From NCBI GenBank assembly GCA_032718475.1, contig JAUCBJ010003563.1, positions 1 through 54,382 of the forward strand: a DNA stretch of 54,382 bases, read 5' to 3'. Shown here piece after piece: positions 15,101 to 23,364 of the stretch; the first letter of the stretch is position 1, and every line of letters begins with the position of its first letter. This DNA comes from Nemertoderma westbladi. Taxonomy: Eukaryota; Animalia; Xenacoelomorpha. The position numbers were made by a program, and so were the translations under genes. The notes under the pieces are model-generated. The model did not search any database, had not been told where the DNA came from, and worked only from the letters and a program-made list of their open reading frames with translations.

Positions 15101-18100
15101 CACTATATACATTATGCAGAGAGTTGTTAAGTAAACAAGACCATTATGATTGGGGTTTGCGAGCTATAAAATCTGTATTAGTGGTTGCCGGGGCTTTGAA
15201 ACGTAGTGACCCAACAAGACCCGAAGACCAGGTTCTTATGAGAGCCCTCCGAGATTTTAATGTTCCCAAAATTGTCACAGAAGATATGGCGATTTTCATG
15301 GGTTTAATAGGTGATCTATTTCCAGCCTTGGATGTACCGAGAAAGAGGAATCCTGATCTTGAAAAACAAATAAAACAAACAGTATTAGATAATAAATTAC
15401 AGCCGGAAGATAACTTTATACTGAAAATAGTTCAGTTGGAGGAATTACTAGAAGTACGTCACTCCGTTTTTGTTCTCGGCAATGCAGGAACAGGAAAATC
15501 CCAAGTAATTAAATCCCTACACAACACCTATAAAGCACAGAAGAAGAAAGCAATTATGCAGGATATTAACCCTAAAGCAATTGTTGCTGATGAACTATTC
15601 GGTTGCATTAATCCGGCCACTAGAGAATGGAAAGACGGCGTATTCTCCATAGCGATGAGAGATTTGGCCAATCTTACACACGATGGTCCAAAGTGGATTG
15701 TTTTGGATGGTGATATTGATCCCATGTGGATTGAGTCCCTAAATACTGTAATGGATGACAATAAAGTATTAACACTGGCTAGCAATGAACGTATTGCTCT
15801 TTCTAACAGCATGAGATTACTTTTTGAAATTGGTCACTTAAAAACAGCAACACCTGCGACAGTATCTCGTGCCGGCATTCTATTTCTTAACCCTCAAGAC
15901 TTGGGGTGGAATCCGGTTGTACAGAGTTGGATAGATGCCAGAGAGGTTCAATCAGAGAAAGCTAATCTTACCATTTTATTTGATAAGTATGTCCCCCCAG
16001 CCCTAGATTGCCTAAAATTCAGGTTCAAAAAAATTACACCAATATCTGAATCTTCACATATTATGATGCTGTTGTATTTACTCAATGTTCTGCTAACTCC
16101 AGAAAATACACCACCTGATTGCCCCAAAGAACTATACGAACTTTATTTTGCCTTTGCTTGTGTGTGGGCCTTTGGGTCGACAATGTTTCAAGATCAACTC
16201 GTCGATTACCGAGTGGAATTCTCCAAATGGTGGACAAATGAATTTAAAACGATAAAATTCCCCTCACAGGGGACAGTATTTGATTATTTCATCGACACTG
16301 AAAATAAGAAACTGGAACCATGGACAAAAATAATTGACCCATTTGAACACGATCCTGATATCCCACTATCTGCGCTTTTAGTGAATACAGCTGAGACAAC
16401 ACGAGTTAGGTACTTCATGGACCTTCTCATGAAAGAACGTCGGCCAGTTATGCTCGTTGGTAGCGCAGGTTCAGGTAAGACTATGGTTATCAATGACAAA
16501 CTCCAATCTCTAAATCCTGATGAATATGTTATTCAAAATGTGCCCTTCAACTTCTACACAACAAGTGCCATGTTGCAAGGGGTACTGGAGAAAAAATTAG
16601 AGAAAAAAGCTGGTCGCAATTATGGACCCCCTGGTGCAAAGAAAATGGTGTATTTTATTGATGATATGAACATGCCAGAGGTTGATACATATTTTACAGT
16701 TCAGCCACATACACTGCTGCGTCAGCACATGGATTACAGTCATTGGTACGACCGTCAAAAACTCACCATCAAAGATATTCACAATGTTCAATATGTGTCT
16801 TGCATGAATCCCACGGCAGGTAGTTTCACCATCAATTCAAGACTTCAACGCCATTTCTCAGTGTTTGCTGTGAGTTTTCCAGGACAGGATGCCCTTTATA
16901 CTATATACAGCAGCATACTCTCAGGTCATTTCACTGTGAACAATTTCCCACCACACATAATCAAGGCAACACCGAATATCACAAACGCTGTGTTGGGAAT
17001 GCACCAGAAAATAGCATCAACTTTCCTTCCCACCGCTATCAAATTTCACTATATTTTTAATCTGAGAGACTTAACAAACGTATTTCAGGGATTCCTTTTC
17101 TCATCGCCTGAGTGCATAAAAACGCCAATGGACATCGGCCGAATTTGGCTCCATGAAATGGATCGTGTTTACTGTGATAAACTAGTGGATGAAGCTGATG
17201 GAGAGTTGTACAACAAACTTCGGATGGAACAGGGCAAGAAATACTTTGAGGACTTAAATGAGGATGAATTGTTTGCGAAGCCTTTAATTTATACACATTT
17301 CGCAACAGGTATAGGGGAACCGAAATATATGCCCATTGTAGCCTGGAAAGACCTTCTTAAACTATTGCAAGATGCCCTAGACAGTTATAATGAATTGAAC
17401 GCCGTTATGAATCTCGTGCTGTTTGAGGATGCTATGAGTCACATATGCCGCATAAACAGGATTATCGAATCCCCAAGAGGCAATGCTTTGCTTGTTGGCG
17501 TTGGGGGTTCAGGGAAACAATCTCTCTCGAGGTTAAGTGCCTACATTAGTAGTTTGGAACCGTTCCAAATTGTTCTGCGAAAAGGATATATGCTTGCAGA
17601 CTTGCGAATAGATCTTGCTGCTCTTTACCAGAAAGCTGGTGTAAAGAATCTTGGCATTGTTTTCCTTATGACTGACGCACAGGTTGCCGATGAAGGATTC
17701 TTAGTTTTAATCAATGACTTGCTGGCATCAGGAGAAATTCCCGATCTGTTTTCAGATGATGAAACACAAAATATAATAGGAGCTATGCGACCAGAAGTAA
17801 AATCAATTGGACTCCCTGATACCATTGAGAACTGCTGGCGATTTTTCATCGATAGAGTGAGACGCAACCTGAAGGTGGTACTTTGCTTTTCGCCCGTTGG
17901 ATCCACGTTGAGAGTGCGTGCAAGGAAATTTCCTGCTGTAGTAAACTGTTCGCAAATAGACATGTTCCACGAGTGGCCCCAAGAGGCGCTAATCAGTGTA
18001 AGCCGTCGGTTCTTGGCTGATTTAGATCTATTGGAAGACGATGTGAAAAATTCCGTATCGGATTTCATGTCATATGTCCATACCAGCGTTAATGAAATGA

Positions 18101-21100
18101 GTAAAACTTACTTACAAAATGAAAAAAGATACAATTACACAACCCCGAAGAGCTTCTTAGAACAAATCGCTCTTTACAGAAACCTTCTTGGCACGAAACA
18201 TAAAGAGTTGATTGCAAAAATGGAACGGTTAGAAAATGGGTTACAGAAACTGGAAAGCACCGCATCACAAGTGGATGATCTCAAAGAAAAGCTTGCAGCA
18301 CAAGAAATCGAGCTTGGGCAAAAGAATGAAGATGCTGATAAATTAATTCAAGTTGTTGGTAGAGAAACTGAAATTGTTTCCAAGGAAAAGGGAATTGCCG
18401 ATGAAGAGGAAGCTAAGGTTCAGGTGATTACCGAAGATGTTGGCGTAAAAGCAAAGGCATGTGAAGAAGATCTTGCGAAGGCTGAACCTGCCTTAAGGGC
18501 GGCACAGGAAGCTTTGAACACACTAAACAAAGGTAACTTGACGGAGTTGAAGTCGTTTGGTAGTCCGCCACCTGCAGTAGTTAATGTTGTTGCAGGTGTG
18601 ATGGTATTAATTTTGGGAGGTACTTCCGGGAAAGTCCCTAAAGATAGGAGCTGGAAAGCTGGTAAGGTTATGATGGGAAAGGTTGACGATTTTCTCAACA
18701 GTCTTATTTATTATGATAAAGAGCACATTCACGATAATGCAGTTAAAGCAATGAAGCCTTATGTTAGTGATCCAGAATTTGATCCTGAGTTTATTCGTAG
18801 TAAATCGTTGGCTGCAGCTGGGTTGTGTTCGTGGGCGATTAACATCATTAAGTTTTATGAGGTTTACTGTTTCGTAGAGCCCAAGCGATTGTCTCTGGAA
18901 GCTGCCAATGCCGAGCTCAATGCTGCTCAAGATAAGCTGGCAAAGATCAAAGAAAAAATTTCTGAATTAGACGAAAGTTTAGGGAAACTGACAGCTGAGT
19001 TTGAGCATGCCACTTCAGAAAAGTTGAAGTGCCAACAGCAAGCTGATGCAACTGCCCTAACAATTAACTTGGCTAACCGTCTTGTTGGTGGTTTGGCATC
19101 TGAAAAGGTAAGATGGGGAGAATCCGTAAGAATGTTTAAGGAACAAGCAATAACACTACCCGGTGACATTTTAACTATTACAGCTTTTGTTTCGTACGTC
19201 GGTTGCTTCACTAAAACGTATCGAACAGAGTTGACTGATAATAATTGGACGCCGTTCCTCAAGGCCCAGGCCGTTCAAATTCCCCGCACACCCAATCTAG
19301 ATCCCCTTACAATGTTGACTGATGGTGCATCTATAGCAACGTGGAACAACGAAGGTCTTCCAAATGACCGAATGTCCATTGAAAATGCAACAATCCTTGT
19401 CAATGCCGAAAGGTGGCCACTTATTATAGACCCCCAACTCCAAGGTATCAAATGGATGAAAACAAGGTATGGGGATGCATTAAAACTTGTGCGACTGGGT
19501 CAACGAGGTTATTTAGATGTTGTTGAAAGAGCAATTTCTAATGGAGATGTTGTACTTTTTGAAAATATTGGAGAAAACGTTGACCCTGTTCTTGACCCCC
19601 TTCTTGGCCGGAACACCATAAAAAAGGGTACGGCAATCAAGATGGGTGACAAGGAAGTTGAGTATAACAAAGATTTCAGATTAATTTTGCACACCAAATT
19701 GGCCAATCCCCATTACAAACCCGAAATGCAGGCTCAGACTACATTGATAAACTTTACAGTAACAATTGATGGTCTTGAAGATCAATTACTGGCCGAAGTA
19801 GTTAAATCAGAGAGACCAGATTTAGAAGAGTTAAAGGTGCAACTCACACTGCAGCAAAACCAGTTTAAGATAACATTGAAGGAGTTGGAAGACAGTCTGT
19901 TAGCACGATTGTCAGCCGCTGGGGGCAATTTCTTGGGAGACACGGAATTAGTTGAGAATCTTGAAACAACAAAGAAAACCGCTCAGGAAATAGAAGAAAA
20001 GGTGAAATTAGCTGAAGTAACAGAAGTGGAAATCAATGAAGCAAGAGAGCACTATCGGCCTGCAGGGGCCCGGGGCTCTTTACTCTACTTTATTCTCAAC
20101 GATCTTAACAAAATAAACCCACTCTACCAATTTTCTCTAAAGGCATTCAACGTTGTATTTAATGTTGCCTTTGAAAGAGCCGAACAATCGGAGGAAGTTA
20201 AGGTCAGAATCATCAATCTTATAGACTCCATCACCTACAGTGTATTTAACTACACTAGTAGAGGTCTCTTTGAAAAAGATAAACTTATATTTTCTACACA
20301 GTGTGTATTCCAGATTTTACTTCATAGTAAAGAGATTGCGAAGCCGGAACTTGATTTCCTATTGCGATTTCCTGCAAAGGCTGATATGACGTCACCCGTG
20401 GATTTCTTGGCCAATCATAGTTGGGGTGCTATAAAAGCATTGTCTGACATGGAGGAGTTTAATAATCTGGATAGAGATATTGAGGGTTCAGCTAAACGAT
20501 GGAAAAAATTCGTTGAATCAGAAACTCCGGAAAATGAAAAATTCCCCCAAGAGTGGAAGAACAAGACGAGTTTGCAGAAGTTGTGCATAATGCGATGTTT
20601 GAGACCAGATCGGATGACCTACGCATGTACAGGTTTTGTAGAAGAAAAATTAGGGAGCAAATATGTTGAAGCTCGTTCAATAGAATTTGCCACATCGTTT
20701 GATGAGTCGGGACCTGCGACTCCTATGTTTTTTACGCTCTCGCCAGGTGTCGATCCTCTCAAAGATGTTGAAGCACATGGCAAGAAACTAGGGTTTACTT
20801 TGGATTCTGGGAAATTCCACAATGTATCGTTGGGTCAAGGTCAAGAAATAGTGGCGGAAAACAGCCTGGACCGTGCTTCACAAGAAGGTCACTGGGTCAT
20901 TCTGCAGAATGTGCATTTAGTTGCAAAGTGGCTGCCAATATTGGAGAAAAAGTTGGAGCAATACTCGGAGGGTTCGCATGACGATTACAGGGTGTTTATA
21001 AGTGCAGAGCCGGCCCCAACACCAGAATCACATATAATTCCACAGGGAATCTTGGAAAACGCCATTAAAATAACAAACGAACCACCAACAGGAATGAAAC

Positions 21101-22491
21101 CGAACATCAGAAAAAGTATGGACAACTTCAATCAAGACACCATGGAAATGTGCGCTAAAGAGGCCGAATTCAAAACCATATGGTTTGCCCTCAATTACTT
21201 CCATGCCGTTATATTGGAACGGAGAAAGTTTGGAGCTCAAGGTTGGAACAGGTCTTACCCATTCAACGACGGTGATCTTACAATCAGCGTCAACGTTCTC
21301 TACAATTACCTCGAAAATAACAACAAAGTCCCGTGGGAGGATCTCAGGTACCTATTCGGTGAGATTATGTACGGAGGGCACATCACAGACGACTGGGACA
21401 GGAGGTTGTGTCGCACTTATCTGGAGGAGTACATCAACCCGGAACTCGTCGACGGAGAGTTGGCTCTCGCCCCGGGATTCCTCACCCCGCCGAATTCCGA
21501 TTTCAACGGATACCACACGTACGTGCTCGAGAACATGCCGGCGGAGTCGCCCAATCTCTACGGAATGCATCCGAATGCGGAGATAAACTTCCTCACGCAG
21601 ACTTCGGATGCGATGTTCCATACGGTACTGGAGATGCAGCCGAGGGACACTGGTGGAGGAGCTGGTGGTGTAGTCAGCAAGGATGAGAAGGTCAAACAGA
21701 TACTCGACGATATCATGGAGCGCCTACCCGAGGAGTTTAATATGGTCGAGATCATGGGTAAAGTCGAAGATAAGACGCCATACGTGGTGGTAGCCTTCCA
21801 GGAGTGCGACCGAATGAATACACTAACCAATGAAATGAAACGAACACTGAAGGAGTTAGACCTAGGACTGAAAGGCGAGTTGACGATAACATCCGATATG
21901 GAGGATTTATCGAACTCGTTGTACCTCGACGTGATCCCGGAGGTGTGGAACCGACGCGCCTACCCGTCGACCAGCGGTCTCAGTATCTGGTTCGCGGATC
22001 TCCAGCAAAGGATCAAAGAGTTAGAGAATTGGACCACGGATCTCAGCATGCCTAATACCATGTGGTTGGGCGGCCTCTTCAACCCGCAGTCCTTCCTCAC
22101 CGCCATTATGCAGTCGTTGGCTCGTAAGAACGAGTGGCCGCTGGATAAGATGGCTCTATCGTGTGACGTCACCAAAAAGAATCGCGAGGATTTTGGGTCT
22201 CCCCCGCGAGAGGGCGCCTACGTCTTCGGGTTGTTTATGGAGGGCGCGAGATGGGACATACAGACTGGGGTTATCAGCGAATCGAAACTGAAAGAATTAA
22301 CACCTGCGATGCCTATAATATTCGTAAAAGCACTTCCATTAGATAAGTTGGAGACGCGTAACATGTACGGCTGTCCGGTCTACAAGACGAAGATAAGAGG
22401 ACCGACATTTGTCTGGACATTTAATCTGAAGACGAAGGAGAAAGCGAGTAAATGGATTGTTGCCGGAGTAGCCTTGTTGCTAAGCGTTTAA
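9109..22491 (+). CDS. DNAH9/DNAH17: Axonemal dynein heavy chain, outer-arm beta type (DNAH9/11/17 clade, 'dynein beta chain, ciliary'), 4460 aa, single coding exon
   Basis: Uninterrupted ORF with P-loops GPAGTGKT (14635), GNAGTGKS (15478), GSAGSGKT (16459) and GVGGSGKQS (17497); motifs YEYLGNTPRLVITPLTDRC, WGCFDEFNRI, LSKQDHYDWGLR, NPHYKPE; stalk coiled coils; C-terminal CPVYKT..GVALLL. The exact paralog cannot be resolved without a tree. Confidence 0.97.
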   Translation: MGSEAPVDARVDFMSEYTLKSLKVKPDKWAKLINVEENRIMIQDFLDKGQQPALVLVANSAGMLTCGYEWPSQPKTKAVYFIKRSPKDPIPKDSYRSALTYGDLSYMPLDQLAAVVDEVLVPLLSNDNNHEQWPAVVSQDVLRHVHNLKSNVFVVSGKVKGKTLLPLPVGSEKVEECRVDDEKGDFERNIIHAIESVVIEWSHQIHDVLKKDSSQPLLDGLNPTPFYELEFWKSKSTNLECIYDQLRDPKVRKMAELLEKSDSSYFQAFRNIFREVIAALTEAQDINLHLKPLQRHLEDLEQADYAEIIQFIEPLMHVMGLIWGSSKYYCSAPRIIVLLQEVCNQLIELTRNSLDPHEILKGEVEECIERVDHALKVIDAFRDQYNQKKDNISQYFRDGNPVYEWDFHDMLVFARMDGFRNRLRIIRELFETNIEFMKLEKVELGGLKGKMLSAQVVQIFEEFQEYFKIFTDQNYDTLDPTNTEFMNDYFKFKTHVDDLDRRLASIACLGFDDCSNSETVFKMINVFGTLLERPLIKVDFVNKFPLLIDMFCKDLDNAKVIYDKQMKDRQENYAPVHKNLPWVSGQLKWSRELKERISIPYEGFNHVHHPYEESQEAKDMVVKYDEMIALLDNYEVLVYNEWTQSVTEKSNYNLDQPLITRNNETNLISVNFDPQLVSVLREVKYLKILEYEDIPGSANDMFEKNTTYVKFVDNLSLTVGWYNKTRTTAIEVELPLIEEQLQNIDTQLQKAESQLNWKNDSAWEYIQQTSDMVQDLESRLQKSKNNVEKMQTIMAEWCKVPLFERKEGKNETVLNLDDREDRLAKRYGDIKTDAENIHKIVQENLELFKADGSSEMWKNYLDYLDEMVIDGLFKCLESSLNYLLENTDSKTVIASLFLSKLELQMPEMVFVPGLELGDILGLYEIIEGVLLDIYKISTLVPRIAKHRENEDYKADMEDMLDLSDMKQELMERVQNAMAKAIEYRNTFEQYAYLWVDDRQEFMRQFLLYGHVLTAEEIEANAEEGVPETPPTLDKYKEQIDVYETLYTEVEAIDGTNVMDQWLRIDARPFRQALLNVIKRWSLMFKQHLVDHITNSLADLEAFIKVSNAGLSKPVHEGEYNELVECMAHLMAVKERQAATDEMFEPLKQTIELLKTYGQEMSDHVHTQLQELPEQWANNKKIAVTCKQAVAPLQANEVAIVRRKCASYDVKQHELRERFRQEAPLRYSTAHPYAMLDKEHLIIRDMEIEMSALQESANLFEVNVPEYKQLKQCRKEVVLLKRLWDMVNLVNSSLDEWKTTLWAEINVEFMEMECKKFAKDIRLLDKEMRAWDTYSGVENSVKNMLTSLRAVSDLQNPAIRERHWQQLMQATQVKFVMDDTTTLADLLALNLHEYEDEVRNIVDKAVKESGMEKVLGELDNTWVNLEFEYEEHPRTQIQLLKVSEELIETLEDNQVQLQNMMTSKYIAHFLDQVSYWQGKLSMADQVIGIWMEVQRTWNHLESIFIGSDDIRKQLPEDSKRFDSVDTDFKELVDGMSKTPNVVEGTNKGGLYEKLENLQGQLVLCEKALAEYLETKRLAFPRFYFISPADLLDILSQGNSPRLVAKHLAKLFDNMGDLEFTTKDSKTAKGMFSKEKEYVAFDKTCECTGPVENWLNSVQDSMRSTVRHWMTDAVISYEEKPREQWLFDFCAQVALTTTQIWWTTEVNIAFGRLEEGYENSMKDYNKKQVTQLTHLINLLLGNLTKGDRQKIMTICTIDVHARDVIAKLITLKVDNSQAFTWLSQLRHRWDDEEKHCYANICDACFKYSYEYLGNTPRLVITPLTDRCYITLTQALHLTMSGAPAGPAGTGKTETTKDLGRALAIMVYVFNCSDQMDYKSCGNIYKGLSQTGAWGCFDEFNRISVEVLSVIAVQVKSIQDAIRDKKSIFNFQGETISLVPTVGIFITMNPGYAGRAELPENLKALFRPCAMVVPDFELICEIMLVAEAFFEARLLARKFITLYTLCRELLSKQDHYDWGLRAIKSVLVVAGALKRSDPTRPEDQVLMRALRDFNVPKIVTEDMAIFMGLIGDLFPALDVPRKRNPDLEKQIKQTVLDNKLQPEDNFILKIVQLEELLEVRHSVFVLGNAGTGKSQVIKSLHNTYKAQKKKAIMQDINPKAIVADELFGCINPATREWKDGVFSIAMRDLANLTHDGPKWIVLDGDIDPMWIESLNTVMDDNKVLTLASNERIALSNSMRLLFEIGHLKTATPATVSRAGILFLNPQDLGWNPVVQSWIDAREVQSEKANLTILFDKYVPPALDCLKFRFKKITPISESSHIMMLLYLLNVLLTPENTPPDCPKELYELYFAFACVWAFGSTMFQDQLVDYRVEFSKWWTNEFKTIKFPSQGTVFDYFIDTENKKLEPWTKIIDPFEHDPDIPLSALLVNTAETTRVRYFMDLLMKERRPVMLVGSAGSGKTMVINDKLQSLNPDEYVIQNVPFNFYTTSAMLQGVLEKKLEKKAGRNYGPPGAKKMVYFIDDMNMPEVDTYFTVQPHTLLRQHMDYSHWYDRQKLTIKDIHNVQYVSCMNPTAGSFTINSRLQRHFSVFAVSFPGQDALYTIYSSILSGHFTVNNFPPHIIKATPNITNAVLGMHQKIASTFLPTAIKFHYIFNLRDLTNVFQGFLFSSPECIKTPMDIGRIWLHEMDRVYCDKLVDEADGELYNKLRMEQGKKYFEDLNEDELFAKPLIYTHFATGIGEPKYMPIVAWKDLLKLLQDALDSYNELNAVMNLVLFEDAMSHICRINRIIESPRGNALLVGVGGSGKQSLSRLSAYISSLEPFQIVLRKGYMLADLRIDLAALYQKAGVKNLGIVFLMTDAQVADEGFLVLINDLLASGEIPDLFSDDETQNIIGAMRPEVKSIGLPDTIENCWRFFIDRVRRNLKVVLCFSPVGSTLRVRARKFPAVVNCSQIDMFHEWPQEALISVSRRFLADLDLLEDDVKNSVSDFMSYVHTSVNEMSKTYLQNEKRYNYTTPKSFLEQIALYRNLLGTKHKELIAKMERLENGLQKLESTASQVDDLKEKLAAQEIELGQKNEDADKLIQVVGRETEIVSKEKGIADEEEAKVQVITEDVGVKAKACEEDLAKAEPALRAAQEALNTLNKGNLTELKSFGSPPPAVVNVVAGVMVLILGGTSGKVPKDRSWKAGKVMMGKVDDFLNSLIYYDKEHIHDNAVKAMKPYVSDPEFDPEFIRSKSLAAAGLCSWAINIIKFYEVYCFVEPKRLSLEAANAELNAAQDKLAKIKEKISELDESLGKLTAEFEHATSEKLKCQQQADATALTINLANRLVGGLASEKVRWGESVRMFKEQAITLPGDILTITAFVSYVGCFTKTYRTELTDNNWTPFLKAQAVQIPRTPNLDPLTMLTDGASIATWNNEGLPNDRMSIENATILVNAERWPLIIDPQLQGIKWMKTRYGDALKLVRLGQRGYLDVVERAISNGDVVLFENIGENVDPVLDPLLGRNTIKKGTAIKMGDKEVEYNKDFRLILHTKLANPHYKPEMQAQTTLINFTVTIDGLEDQLLAEVVKSERPDLEELKVQLTLQQNQFKITLKELEDSLLARLSAAGGNFLGDTELVENLETTKKTAQEIEEKVKLAEVTEVEINEAREHYRPAGARGSLLYFILNDLNKINPLYQFSLKAFNVVFNVAFERAEQSEEVKVRIINLIDSITYSVFNYTSRGLFEKDKLIFSTQCVFQILLHSKEIAKPELDFLLRFPAKADMTSPVDFLANHSWGAIKALSDMEEFNNLDRDIEGSAKRWKKFVESETPENEKFPQEWKNKTSLQKLCIMRCLRPDRMTYACTGFVEEKLGSKYVEARSIEFATSFDESGPATPMFFTLSPGVDPLKDVEAHGKKLGFTLDSGKFHNVSLGQGQEIVAENSLDRASQEGHWVILQNVHLVAKWLPILEKKLEQYSEGSHDDYRVFISAEPAPTPESHIIPQGILENAIKITNEPPTGMKPNIRKSMDNFNQDTMEMCAKEAEFKTIWFALNYFHAVILERRKFGAQGWNRSYPFNDGDLTISVNVLYNYLENNNKVPWEDLRYLFGEIMYGGHITDDWDRRLCRTYLEEYINPELVDGELALAPGFLTPPNSDFNGYHTYVLENMPAESPNLYGMHPNAEINFLTQTSDAMFHTVLEMQPRDTGGGAGGVVSKDEKVKQILDDIMERLPEEFNMVEIMGKVEDKTPYVVVAFQECDRMNTLTNEMKRTLKELDLGLKGELTITSDMEDLSNSLYLDVIPEVWNRRAYPSTSGLSIWFADLQQRIKELENWTTDLSMPNTMWLGGLFNPQSFLTAIMQSLARKNEWPLDKMALSCDVTKKNREDFGSPPREGAYVFGLFMEGARWDIQTGVISESKLKELTPAMPIIFVKALPLDKLETRNMYGCPVYKTKIRGPTFVWTFNLKTKEKASKWIVAGVALLLSV

Positions 22492-22501
22492 AACAATCAA
22501 C

Positions 22502-22517
22502 AATAAACTCTAATAAA
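22502..22517 (+). terminator. Tandem AATAAA polyadenylation signals of the dynein gene
   Basis: AATAAA at 22502 and 22512, followed by a T-rich tract at ~22550-22580. Confidence 0.5.
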
Positions 22518-23156
22518 AGTATCAACAGTAATCTATTGAAAGACGCAAACTGTTTTTTATATATTTTTTATTGTTTTTTAGTTGGTAATTATTAATTGCT
22601 TAGAATAATTTGGTTTTCAGCACTTTTTACTTATATATTTGTTAACTTGTAAAAATGTAATTTAGAAATAATACAGTTTAAAAAATAATTGAAACTTAAT
22701 TATTCAATTTATGGGAGTTATTATTTTGGAATTTTACAAAAACACTAATCAGTTCTACGAAAATTCTTTGGTTCGGATCCAAACACTTTTTTGAGTTTTC
22801 ATCTCAAGAGATACTAGCAAAAATGTGTTGCTAGCTCTACAAAAATAAACCGTTAATGAACACGCAAGACAATATATAACACTAAAAAAATTTAAATTCA
22901 TTATAGAACGTCCGCTGCAGAATGTTGTATTCCTATTAACTACAGATTTATGTGACTTGGTATTGGTAGTTTTTCGATATCAGTAGAGAGCTATGATGAT
23001 GGGCCGAGATCAGAAATACGTAATCTGACAATCGACTTTTTTTAAACGAGTAAACTTAAAAAGAAATTAAAAAAAAACGATTTAAAATGTAATTGACCGT
23101 TGTGTAATTATTATTAATTTCATAAAGTTAAAGACAAAACCCCCCCAACAGACCCC

Positions 23157-23364
23157 CTAATGTAACCAAGCCAAGAGACTAGTCCCATTCTCTGTTGGAA
23201 GTGGACAGAGATCGAATGGATTTGGCTGAGGTTTTCCGCTGCACAATCTTACTCCTGGATGGCGCAAACAGCGCTGTGGTTTAGGTTTGCAACAACTGGG
23301 TCTCTCGTTCTCGCTATCCCCTGTCCCAAGAAGTTTTGTATCCGGGATATCTTGGAAATTGAAC
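23157..23364 (-). CDS. Speedy/RINGO-like gene, terminal coding exon (RFNFQDIPD..LLAWLH*)
   Basis: Acceptor TTGCTTCAG; phase 2 matches the previous exon; open to TAG at 23159-23157. Confidence 0.65.

Noticed and set aside
9079-22175. Many short antisense or alternative-frame ORFs inside the dynein CDS
   Set aside because: Expected shadows of a long coding sequence, with no recognisable motifs.
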